Shown piece after piece: positions 1 through 7,298 of a stretch of DNA of 15,595 nt. Position numbers and translations under genes: made by a program. The stretch is from Bdellovibrionales bacterium (GTDB taxonomy: Bacteria > Bdellovibrionota > Bdellovibrionia > Bdellovibrionales > UBA1609), in assembly GCA_050246815.1 (NCBI GenBank), contig JBFWVI010000062.1:1-15595 (forward strand), read 5' to 3'. Under the pieces are notes generated by a model. The model saw nothing but the letters and a program-made list of their open reading frames with translations, was not told the origin of the DNA and searched no databases. The first letter of the stretch is position 1. Every line of letters starts with the position of its first letter.

Positions 1-64
1 CTTCTAGTTCAACAGTGCGAAGGTGTTGGATGATCTCTTCTGCTTTAAAGTTCTTTCTAGCCAT
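1..64 (-). CDS. IS3-family transposase OrfA, N-terminus only (partial; not in the ORF track)
   Basis: Hand translation from ATG at 64-62 gives MARKNFKAEEIIQHLRTVELE, open to the window edge. This fits the IS3 OrfA HTH start pattern (M-x-R/K-K-x-F/H-x-x-E-x-I-I-x-x-L-R). GAAAGAGGTCAGAT precedes the ATG. Confidence 0.8.
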   Translation of the reverse strand, partial: MARKNFKAEEIIQHLRTVELE

Positions 65-127
65 ATCTGACCTCTTTCTGGGCCAAGATTAACATTAAAC
101 CTGGACCAATTTAAGCCGGCCAGGTCA
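1..127 (-). mobile_element. Left end of an IS3-family insertion sequence (IS407-group-like), continuing off the left edge of the window
   Basis: The minus strand from 127 reads TGACCTGGCCGGCTTAAATTGGTCCAGGTTTAATG, a 5'-TG terminus resembling IS407-group inverted repeats. It is followed by an SD (AGAGGT) and an OrfA-like start. Recombinase-like coding begins at 128. Confidence 0.8.
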
Positions 128-993
128 TCTTCAATCAAGTTCAAGAGCGACTTGGGAATAATAAAAACAAGTACAAGCCTATCGAATGGAAAAAGTACCC
201 CTATCCAATGACCGAGCTTTTGGTGTGCGGCGAGTGCGGCAAAAAGCTTGGCGGTAAGTCCGCTCATGGCAGAAATAAAAAGCACCACTACTATGGTCAT
301 CCACGGCAGCTAAATAGCGATGGAGTGACTCATCTTCAGCGCTGCAGACTGGAGAGAGTTCGTGCCGAGCGGATTGAGGATATTGTTTTGAAGTCGCTAA
401 AAAAATTGATTCAAACCCCTTGCCTTGTGGAGCATTGGCTTGAGATTTACGCCAAAGCCACTCACTCCGAGATTCCGGCATTAGAAGCGAAAGTAAAAGC
501 CTTGGACTCCGAAATTGAATCAAAATCCAAGCGGGTGCAGAATCTGGTGTCGCGAATTGCAGAGCTTCCTGCAGATATTCCAGCCGACATTTTCTATCAT
601 CAGATCAAAGAAACAAATCAGAAGATTCAAGAATTGAAACAAGCCAAACAAGAGCTGCGGTCTAAAGCGATTGCATTGAAAGGCCAGGCTATCGACAAAG
701 ACGGTCTGGTTGATAAGATCAAAAACACTGTGGCGAAGTTGGAAGAGACTTCGGTCGAAAGCCGCAGGCCTCTCTACACCAACCTTATCCAATTTGCCGA
801 ACTTCATCCCACCAAAATCAAAGTGGGCGTCATTGCTCCGGAAAAAGGGCAATACAAAGCCACTGGAACCGAAGGGACTCCAGGAGCGGAATCTGATTTT
901 CAAAATTTTAAGGGTGAACCAGGGAAAGTCATTGATCTCGTAAGGCGTGGCGGTTCGACCAGCGTTACGATTGGTGCCCCGGGCCGGACTTGA
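128..993 (+). pseudogene. Large serine recombinase (integrase), C-terminal part, interrupted by the IS
   Basis: The frame of ORF 208..993 is open back past 128: FNQVQERL (end of the recombinase domain), then a zinc ribbon LLVCGECG...HYYGH...C and a long coiled coil. The catalytic N-terminal domain is absent; there is an in-frame TAA at 112-114 inside the IS. Confidence 0.85.
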
Positions 994-1002
994 ACCGGCA
1001 CG
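946..1002. repeat. Imperfect inverted repeat, candidate att junction of the integrated element
   Basis: 946-958 CGTGGCGGTTCGA versus the reverse complement of 990-1002 CGTGCCGGTTCAA: 11/13 identical. The symmetry axis is at 974, within the tRNA CCA. Confidence 0.6.
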
Positions 1003-1063
1003 TCCGATTGCTCGAGACTCAGGATTTTAAGTCCTGTGCGTCTACCAGTTTCGCCACCGGGGC
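972..1063 (-). tRNA. tRNA-Leu (anticodon TAA), CCA encoded
   Basis: Folds as acceptor GCCCCGG/CCGGGGC, D arm GCGAAACTGGTAGACGC, anticodon arm CAGGA-CTTAAAA-TCCTG, long variable arm, T arm GCCGG-TTCAAGT-CCGGC, then A-CCA. Length 92 nt. Confidence 0.97.
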
Positions 1064-1076
1064 TAAAAGAAGACCC

Positions 1077-1105
1077 ACAGTGACTTTCTGGCTGAAATCT
1101 GTCAA
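1077..1105 (-). promoter_or_regulatory. Putative sigma70 promoter of tRNA-Leu
   Basis: Minus strand: perfect TTGACA (1105-1100), 17-bp spacer, CACTGT (1082-1077), ending 13 nt before the tRNA 5' end. Confidence 0.6.
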
Positions 1106-1111
1106 GAATTG

Positions 1112-1864
1112 ATGGCGAAAAGCCTCTGCCAAAGGACTTTCTTGAAAACTGAGCATTTTTTCAAAGAGCTACTGCTGCCAGCCCACCGCCTAGTGGCGCA
1201 AAATTTTTGGCGTGTTCTGAAAATCAATATGGGTTGGCTTGGCGCCCTGTGGTTAGCTAGCTACTTAATTCCTCAAGTTTTAAATCAACTTGAGAGCTTG
1301 GCTCCCAGCCAAGGCCCCAATATCCCCCTTATCTTGATACTGACCTGCTTGGATCTTTTGATCTCATTTTTACTTTATCTATTCTTACCCCGCCGGGTCG
1401 AAGAAATGCTGGTCAATCAACCCGCATCCCTGCTTAAGAAAATGGCCAAAGATAGTGCCGTCGATCTTGTGTCCGAACAATTACGCGTCGCTTCAGGAAT
1501 CATCGTAGGCTTAGTCATGTTTGTCATGCCTGGAATTTTGCGCCTTTTAAAATGGACCTTTGTTCCTTTTATCGTCACCACGGATCCTGCTTACGCCGCA
1601 GGCAACATTGATGCGCTACAGCGCTCTGAGACCCTCACCCTCGATATTCTTGGCCGCTTAGCCTTGCTGCTATTCGCTTTTACGATCGGTGACTTTGCCC
1701 TTTATTACTTAGAACAAAATCCTTGGAATTCTGAAACCGAGGCCGCGATTTGGGCTTGGCAAGGGGTCGTCAGTTTGATTTCGTTTACCCTACAGCTTTA
1801 CGCTGTGCTTTTGTGTTTCGCGCTGTACAAAACCATCAAAGCGCGTGAAGGAGTTTCGCCATGA
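1112..1864 (+). CDS. Hypothetical multi-pass membrane protein (YciC/UPF0259-like architecture); start uncertain (1109, 1112 or 1229)
   Basis: About five hydrophobic segments and a 'PGI...FVPFIV...ALQRS' pattern. Its stop overlaps the next ATG (ATGA at 1861-1864). Confidence 0.7.
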   Translation: MAKSLCQRTFLKTEHFFKELLLPAHRLVAQNFWRVLKINMGWLGALWLASYLIPQVLNQLESLAPSQGPNIPLILILTCLDLLISFLLYLFLPRRVEEMLVNQPASLLKKMAKDSAVDLVSEQLRVASGIIVGLVMFVMPGILRLLKWTFVPFIVTTDPAYAAGNIDALQRSETLTLDILGRLALLLFAFTIGDFALYYLEQNPWNSETEAAIWAWQGVVSLISFTLQLYAVLLCFALYKTIKAREGVSP

Positions 1865-2913
1865 GCATGAATTTAACATTTGGCTGGAAAGACATCAAAA
1901 ATCGTGGGCGTGCTTTGACCTACGACGACGTCTTAATTGTGCCCACAAAATCTGAAATGAGGTCGCGGCGCGACCCCGAATTAACCGCGCAGTTGACTCG
2001 CAAACACAAAATTAAAATGCCCTTTATCGCCGCCAACATGGACACGGTCACCGAGGCCCCGATGGCTTTGGCTATGGCCAAACTTGGTGGCTTTGCCATC
2101 TTGCACCGTTTCATGCCGATCAGCGAACAGATCACACAGGTTCGCCTGGTTCGCGACTCCGGAGTCGAGTTGGTGGGCGCCAGTGTCGGCGTTAATGGTG
2201 AAGCTCAGGCGCAAGTCAAAGCCCTGGTGGAAGCCGGAGTAAACATCTTAACTTTGGACATCGCCCATGGCCACTCGGTGCAAATGCTTGAAATGTTAAA
2301 ATGGACCAAAGACACTTTTGCAGATTTAGAGGTCATTGCAGGAAACGTGGCCACGCCCTATGGCGTACAGGACTTAATTGAAGCCGGTGCCGACGCCGTC
2401 AAGGTGGGTATCGGCCCCGGCAGCATGTGCACCACTCGCGTCATCACAGGCTGCGGAATGCCGCAATTGACCGCGATCGCTTGGTGTGCCGAAGTGGCTC
2501 GCTCTAAAGGCGTGCCGGTGATTGCCGATGGCGGCATTAAATACTCAGGTGACATCGTCAAAGCATTCGCTGCAGGCGCCGATACGGTTATGCTGGGCTC
2601 GCTTTTGGCTGGGACTATTGAAACACCCGGAGAAATCCACAACGGCCGCAAAATGTATCGCGGTATGGCTTCGCGTGCCGCCCAAAACTCTTGGCGCGGC
2701 GGCGTGCCCGAAGGTATGGCCCCTGAAGGTGAGTCGACTTCGATACCGGTCAAAGGCCATGTCGCCGATGTTGTCAATGAGCTGGCCGGTGGTCTTCGCA
2801 GCGGCATGACTTATATTAACGCTGGATCTTTAAATGAAATTCGCGACAAAGCTCATATGGTCGAGATGACTTCGATGGGATTTGCAGAATCCAAGGCGCA
2901 CGGGCTAAAATAG
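1861..2913 (+). CDS. IMP dehydrogenase / GMP reductase family enzyme lacking CBS domains
   Basis: Motifs [41 protein letters not shown] (catalytic Cys), IADGGI, YRGMAS. SD GAAGGAG upstream. Symbol withheld because guaB versus guaC is ambiguous. Confidence 0.95.
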   Translation: MSMNLTFGWKDIKNRGRALTYDDVLIVPTKSEMRSRRDPELTAQLTRKHKIKMPFIAANMDTVTEAPMALAMAKLGGFAILHRFMPISEQITQVRLVRDSGVELVGASVGVNGEAQAQVKALVEAGVNILTLDIAHGHSVQMLEMLKWTKDTFADLEVIAGNVATPYGVQDLIEAGADAVKVGIGPGSMCTTRVITGCGMPQLTAIAWCAEVARSKGVPVIADGGIKYSGDIVKAFAAGADTVMLGSLLAGTIETPGEIHNGRKMYRGMASRAAQNSWRGGVPEGMAPEGESTSIPVKGHVADVVNELAGGLRSGMTYINAGSLNEIRDKAHMVEMTSMGFAESKAHGLK

Positions 2914-2920
2914 TCGATGA

Positions 2921-3721
2921 ATGTCAGAGATCGGTGTTTTTGATTCAGGACTAGGTGGTTTAACCGTTTTGCGTGCCCTGAAAAGCGCACTGCCCCAGGA
3001 AAATTTCGTTTATTTGGGGGACACCGCCCGCCTACCCTATGGCTCAAAATCGCAGACCACCATTCGCCGCTATGTCGAACAAAACATAGATTATCTTTAT
3101 ACTCAAAAGATCAAAGCAGTCGTGGTGGCATGCAATTCAGCATCCACAGTGATCCGCCAACAGCCTATCGAAAGCCCGATCCCCATTTTCGAAGTGATTC
3201 AACCAGGCGCCGAAACTGCACTCAAAAACTCCAGCACCAAGCGTATCGGTGTGGTGGGCACATGGGCCACCATTTCACAAAACGCCTACGCAGATTGCCT
3301 GCATAGCCTTGAACCCCAAGCTCAAGTTTTTCAGCAAGCTTGTCCGCTGCTAGTCCCTTTGGTGGAAGAAGGCTGGACGGACGATCCGATGACTAATTTG
3401 GTAATTCATCGTTATATCGGCGGACTGATCCAGCAAGGAATCGACACATTGATTTTAGGCTGCACCCACTATCCCGCCCTGATAAACGCCTTTCGCAAAG
3501 TTGTGGGCCCCAACATCCATCTGACCGACTCCGCTGATGCTATGGCGCAAAAACTCAAAGCCGCTTTGATTCAGGGTGAAATCGCCTCAACAGCCACAGG
3601 CTCCCCCGGTAAAATTCGCCTGCTAACGACTGACACAACTGCACGTTTTGCCGAAATCGCCGCCCGTTTGCTTGGAGTATCGAGCGCGCCCCACTTAGAT
3701 GTGGTGGATATCAATAGTTGA
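2921..3721 (+). CDS. murI: Glutamate racemase
   Basis: IGVFDSGLGGLTV, GDTARLPYG, ACNSAS and LGCTHYP (both catalytic Cys). Confidence 0.98.
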   Translation: MSEIGVFDSGLGGLTVLRALKSALPQENFVYLGDTARLPYGSKSQTTIRRYVEQNIDYLYTQKIKAVVVACNSASTVIRQQPIESPIPIFEVIQPGAETALKNSSTKRIGVVGTWATISQNAYADCLHSLEPQAQVFQQACPLLVPLVEEGWTDDPMTNLVIHRYIGGLIQQGIDTLILGCTHYPALINAFRKVVGPNIHLTDSADAMAQKLKAALIQGEIASTATGSPGKIRLLTTDTTARFAEIAARLLGVSSAPHLDVVDINS

Positions 3722-3897
3722 AAGCATGTTCACGGGAAATTAACTTTAGGATGAACGCTTAAAACACGATCCTTCACGCGGTTCTAAATCTAATCCTAAC
3801 AAATAACCGCATCACATATTAAGTATTGGTTCAGTTCAGCCACACTCTAAAAATTCTGCTATTCTGCACATCACTCACCTTTAAAAAATCGGTCACA

Positions 3898-5292
3898 ATG
3901 ACGTTCAACATACTTTTTTTTCTTTTGCTGCTGTTAAGATGCACTTTATCCCAAGCGGAGACTGCATCCTATGCCTTTGCAAATCCACCAGGCTCAGACC
4001 CGCGTTGTTTGTTTTTGCACGAAAACTCAGATCAGTTTTCAATCCCTCTAGCAAGCCTTCAAGAATTCAATCGACTCAAAAACAAATTTCCTAGCGCGCA
4101 GCAGTTTAATGAAACATTCGGATTTATCGAAAGAAGTGGATCTTTAGCTAACGGACGCAATTCAGATTTACCAATAGGGTTTGTTCATAGTCGCCAAGGG
4201 CAGCAGATTCACATCAATTGCTTTTTGTGTCACACCGGCATGGTTTCAGGCCAACCCTTCGATGGCGCACCAAACTCACGACTGCGGATTCAAGAGTTTA
4301 TCGACGCTTTAGGAAATAAAAATTTCAATCGCGCCTACTATAAATACTTCGGTGGGACATTTGGCTTTCATGGTTATCCCGGAGCCACGTCGGCCAATGA
4401 ACTTGCTTCACTCGCAATCCGGTCACGAACTGAGAATGGCGAAATGAGCGTGCTGCGTGCACTCTATTTACAGATGACCGGACCAGAATCAGCCAAGCGA
4501 GTTCCTGTCTATCCGCTGCCATGGTGGGACTTGCAAAAGGGCTTAAGGTCCACCGTTTATGCCGACGGATCAAAAGAAGTCAATTCGTCGCATATTATGC
4601 AGTTTGCTTCAATGTCACGTTTGTCGACCACGGAGATTCGGGAGTTTAAAAGCGCATTTGATGATGCCTTAGCCTGTGTTCAAGATACTCCAATACCGAT
4701 ATCGAAGGCCTATTTTAATGCGGCCACACAGAAAGGGCGAGCCATCTACTTAGGGCAAGCTTTTGCTAAAAATCAAGATTGTGCCTGCGTCCGTTGCCAT
4801 GGCTCCTCTGATCCTCGCTACAACTGGTCTTATCCTGAACACCGGGTTCCCCTCTCGAGTGTTAAAACTGACGAGACCTATTTCAATCAAAAGACCAGTC
4901 AGTACGAAGACAAGCTGCATCGCTTTGCCGAACTGCTGGGGGATCGACCACATAAACTGAGAACCAATAAACGCTATTATGTTGCGCCACCCCTAGTCGC
5001 TTTGTGGGCAAAGCCGGCATTGTTACACAATCGATCGGTTCCAACTCTTTACGATTTGCTCTGCACTCGCGAGAGTGACCGGCCCAAACGCTGGCGACTG
5101 AATCAGCCTGCGCCCGATGTTATGTCCTACAACAGTGTCGACCGAGATCCGAGCGAAGACTCTTTCAATCAGCCTATTTATTACACCAATAAAAGAGGCT
5201 TTTCGAACATAGGCCATAATTACTGCACAGAGGAACTCGGCAATAATCCAGATTTATGCCAATCACTGATTTCATATTTAGAGCAACTTTAA
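3898..5292 (+). CDS. Secreted di-heme c-type cytochrome, RoxA-like / bCcP-MauG superfamily
   Basis: Signal-peptide-like MTFNILFFLLLLLRCTLSQA from ATG 3898. CFLCH at 4219-4233 and CVRCH at 4786-4800. C-terminal YVAPPLVALWAKPALLHNRSVPTLYDLL and GFSNIGH resemble RoxA-like family motifs. Confidence 0.8.
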   Translation: MTFNILFFLLLLLRCTLSQAETASYAFANPPGSDPRCLFLHENSDQFSIPLASLQEFNRLKNKFPSAQQFNETFGFIERSGSLANGRNSDLPIGFVHSRQGQQIHINCFLCHTGMVSGQPFDGAPNSRLRIQEFIDALGNKNFNRAYYKYFGGTFGFHGYPGATSANELASLAIRSRTENGEMSVLRALYLQMTGPESAKRVPVYPLPWWDLQKGLRSTVYADGSKEVNSSHIMQFASMSRLSTTEIREFKSAFDDALACVQDTPIPISKAYFNAATQKGRAIYLGQAFAKNQDCACVRCHGSSDPRYNWSYPEHRVPLSSVKTDETYFNQKTSQYEDKLHRFAELLGDRPHKLRTNKRYYVAPPLVALWAKPALLHNRSVPTLYDLLCTRESDRPKRWRLNQPAPDVMSYNSVDRDPSEDSFNQPIYYTNKRGFSNIGHNYCTEELGNNPDLCQSLISYLEQL

Positions 5293-5305
5293 AGCTTGAA
5301 ACCTT

Positions 5306-6676
5306 CTATCCATCGATAATCAGAGTTTTTAAATTTGTGAATTCATGGGCGCCGAAGTGAGTGAGTTCGCGCCCATAACCTGAGTCCTTCACGCCTCCAA
5401 AGGGCCATCGAGAGTCCGATCGGACCATGCCATTGACCACACAAAGCCCCGCCTCAAGCTCTGTTCGGGCCAATATTTCGGCACGCTGGACATCACGGCT
5501 AAAGATCGCCGCGCCCAAACCAAAGCTAGTGGCATTGGCTAGGCGCAAGGCTTCTTTTTCATTTGCAGCCCGGATCACGCAAGCCACAGGCCCAAAGAAC
5601 TCCTCTTGAAAAACGATAGAGTCTGGCGTTATTTCGCTTAAAAGCGTGGCTGGATAATAAAAGCCGTTCTCATTGGGCACAGCGGCCTTGGGCAAAAGAC
5701 TTCGGGCCCCTTGATTGACCGCTTTTTCGACTTGCACATCCAGTTGATCACGCAAATCACGACGAGCCAAAGGGCCTAAACGACAATTTTCTTCTTCTGG
5801 CAGGCCCATCTTATATCCACTCATTAACTCTTGTACTTCGGCCAAAAACTGATCATGAACTTTATCTTCCACAATAAAACGTTTGCCTGCGATACAACTT
5901 TGCCCACCATTGATCATACGTGCTTGTACAGATTTTTGCGCAGCCAATTTTAAATCTGCGTCCGCCAGCACCACATAGGGGTCAGAGCCCCCAAGCTCCA
6001 AAACACAACGTTTCAGGTGGCGTCCCGCCTGCTCGGCTACCGCACGTCCGGCGCGAGTTGAACCCGTTAAAGAGACACCTTTCACCCTCGGATCGGCGAT
6101 CACTTTGGCTGATGCTTCGACTTGGATCGGAAAATCTTGATAAACGCCTTCAGGAAAACCCGCAGCCAAAAAACACTGCGCCAAGGCGGCCGCAGATCCC
6201 CAGGTGTTCGGAGCGTGCTTCATGAGGGCCGTGTTACCCGCCAACAGTGTGGGTGTAGCGAAGCGGATAACCTGCCAAAGGGGAAAATTCCAAGGCATAA
6301 TTGCAAAAATAACTCCCAGTGGCTGATGGCTGACATAAACCTTGGGGTCCTGTTCTAAAAGTATTTCGTCACCCAACCAGCCTTCAGGCTTGCCGGCATA
6401 ATACTCGCAAGCAAAAGCACATTTTTCGACTTCGGCCAAAGCCTCGGTGATGGGTTTTCCCATCTCTTGAGTCACCAAAAACGCCAATGTCTCTTTCTTA
6501 TCGCGCAACACTTCAGATAGTCGACGAAAGCAGTAGGTCTTTTGTTTCCAGGTGGTTCGGCGCCAATCGAAGAATGCGCGCTGGGCCATATAAAGACCCT
6601 CTTCGATCTGTTGGTCATTTAGGGAATTATAGGACTGCAAAACTTGGCCCGTAACTGGATTATGAGTTTGAATCAC
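5306..6676 (-). CDS. NAD(P)-dependent succinate-semialdehyde dehydrogenase-type aldehyde dehydrogenase (Sad/GabD1-like)
   Basis: EMGKP, IMPWNFPLWQV, LTGST, LELGGSDP (catalytic Glu), GQSCIA (catalytic Cys), EEFFGPV, PFGGVKDSGYGREL. GTG start. Confidence 0.93.
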   Translation of the reverse strand: MIQTHNPVTGQVLQSYNSLNDQQIEEGLYMAQRAFFDWRRTTWKQKTYCFRRLSEVLRDKKETLAFLVTQEMGKPITEALAEVEKCAFACEYYAGKPEGWLGDEILLEQDPKVYVSHQPLGVIFAIMPWNFPLWQVIRFATPTLLAGNTALMKHAPNTWGSAAALAQCFLAAGFPEGVYQDFPIQVEASAKVIADPRVKGVSLTGSTRAGRAVAEQAGRHLKRCVLELGGSDPYVVLADADLKLAAQKSVQARMINGGQSCIAGKRFIVEDKVHDQFLAEVQELMSGYKMGLPEEENCRLGPLARRDLRDQLDVQVEKAVNQGARSLLPKAAVPNENGFYYPATLLSEITPDSIVFQEEFFGPVACVIRAANEKEALRLANATSFGLGAAIFSRDVQRAEILARTELEAGLCVVNGMVRSDSRWPFGGVKDSGYGRELTHFGAHEFTNLKTLIIDG

Positions 6677-7271
6677 GTGATACCCCCACTCCTGAAACCC
6701 AGGCCGTCAAAACCGACCTCATGGCTTGTTCGGTCCCCATCGCTAATTCTTTCACAGCTGCTCGCGGAACAAAAACCGTATAACCACCAAATTGATAGCT
6801 CATAGGAAGATAAACCGCCATGCGGTCCTCTGTTTCAATCGGAAACGGAAGGCCTTTCAGGTTTTCACGTGTCACCAAACCAACCACGTCAAAATCAGTG
6901 CCCGGTAGTCGCACCATCACCACTCGACTGTTTTGCCGATCGCGATTGGGACTTAAGTAAGACGTAAAGTCCTTAATCGCTTGATACACACTGCGAACCA
7001 AAGGCAAAATCTGAAACGGTCCTTCAACCCAACGAAACACCACTTTGGCGAAAGGTTTGTCCAGTAGGTTGCCGATGCTATAAATGAACAGCACCCCTAC
7101 AAAAATTCCAAGACCTGGTATGTAGATCGAGTCGGGCAGAAAAAAAAGCAACCCCAATCGCGCGATGGCCTCGCTCCAGGTCAAAAGCCAAACCAGAATA
7201 TAAACTGAAATCAAAATCGGCAGCAAAGCGAAAAAGCCACGCAAAAATTTACCAGTGAAGTGCTTCAACAT
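6660..7271 (-). CDS. DUF502 family membrane protein
   Basis: Two N-terminal TM helices, LPLVRSVYQAIKD, VGLVT, VYLPMSYQFGGYT. ATG 7271 (MLKHF) preferred over 7289. Confidence 0.88.
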   Translation of the reverse strand: MLKHFTGKFLRGFFALLPILISVYILVWLLTWSEAIARLGLLFFLPDSIYIPGLGIFVGVLFIYSIGNLLDKPFAKVVFRWVEGPFQILPLVRSVYQAIKDFTSYLSPNRDRQNSRVVMVRLPGTDFDVVGLVTRENLKGLPFPIETEDRMAVYLPMSYQFGGYTVFVPRAAVKELAMGTEQAMRSVLTAWVSGVGVSRDSNS

Positions 7272-7298
7272 AGACGCGCAACTTAGCACGCTTTGGCA

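Noticed and set aside
100..124. CCTGG...CCAGG hairpin
   Set aside because: Only a 5-bp stem, and it lies inside the IS terminal repeat.
4..903. ORFs 4..300(-), 179..523(-), 520..903(-) and 710..943(+)
   Set aside because: Shadow frames of the recombinase and IS. ORF 4..300 crosses the IS junction and is not in the OrfA frame.
208..993. Stand-alone 261-aa gene starting at ATG 208
   Set aside because: Recombinase-like sequence continues upstream to 128 and there is no clear SD, so it is better explained as a fragment.
972..1063. bldA-like regulation by a rare TTA codon
   Set aside because: TTA codons occur freely in genes of this window.
3722..3760. Possible terminator or sRNA after murI (AAGCATGTTCA...TGAACGCTT)
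   Set aside because: Bulged stem with a large loop and no U-tract on the + strand; support is insufficient.
3826..3897. N-terminal extension of the di-heme ORF from TTG 3826
   Set aside because: ATG 3898 gives a normal signal peptide; the extension is AT-rich spacer that happens to be open.
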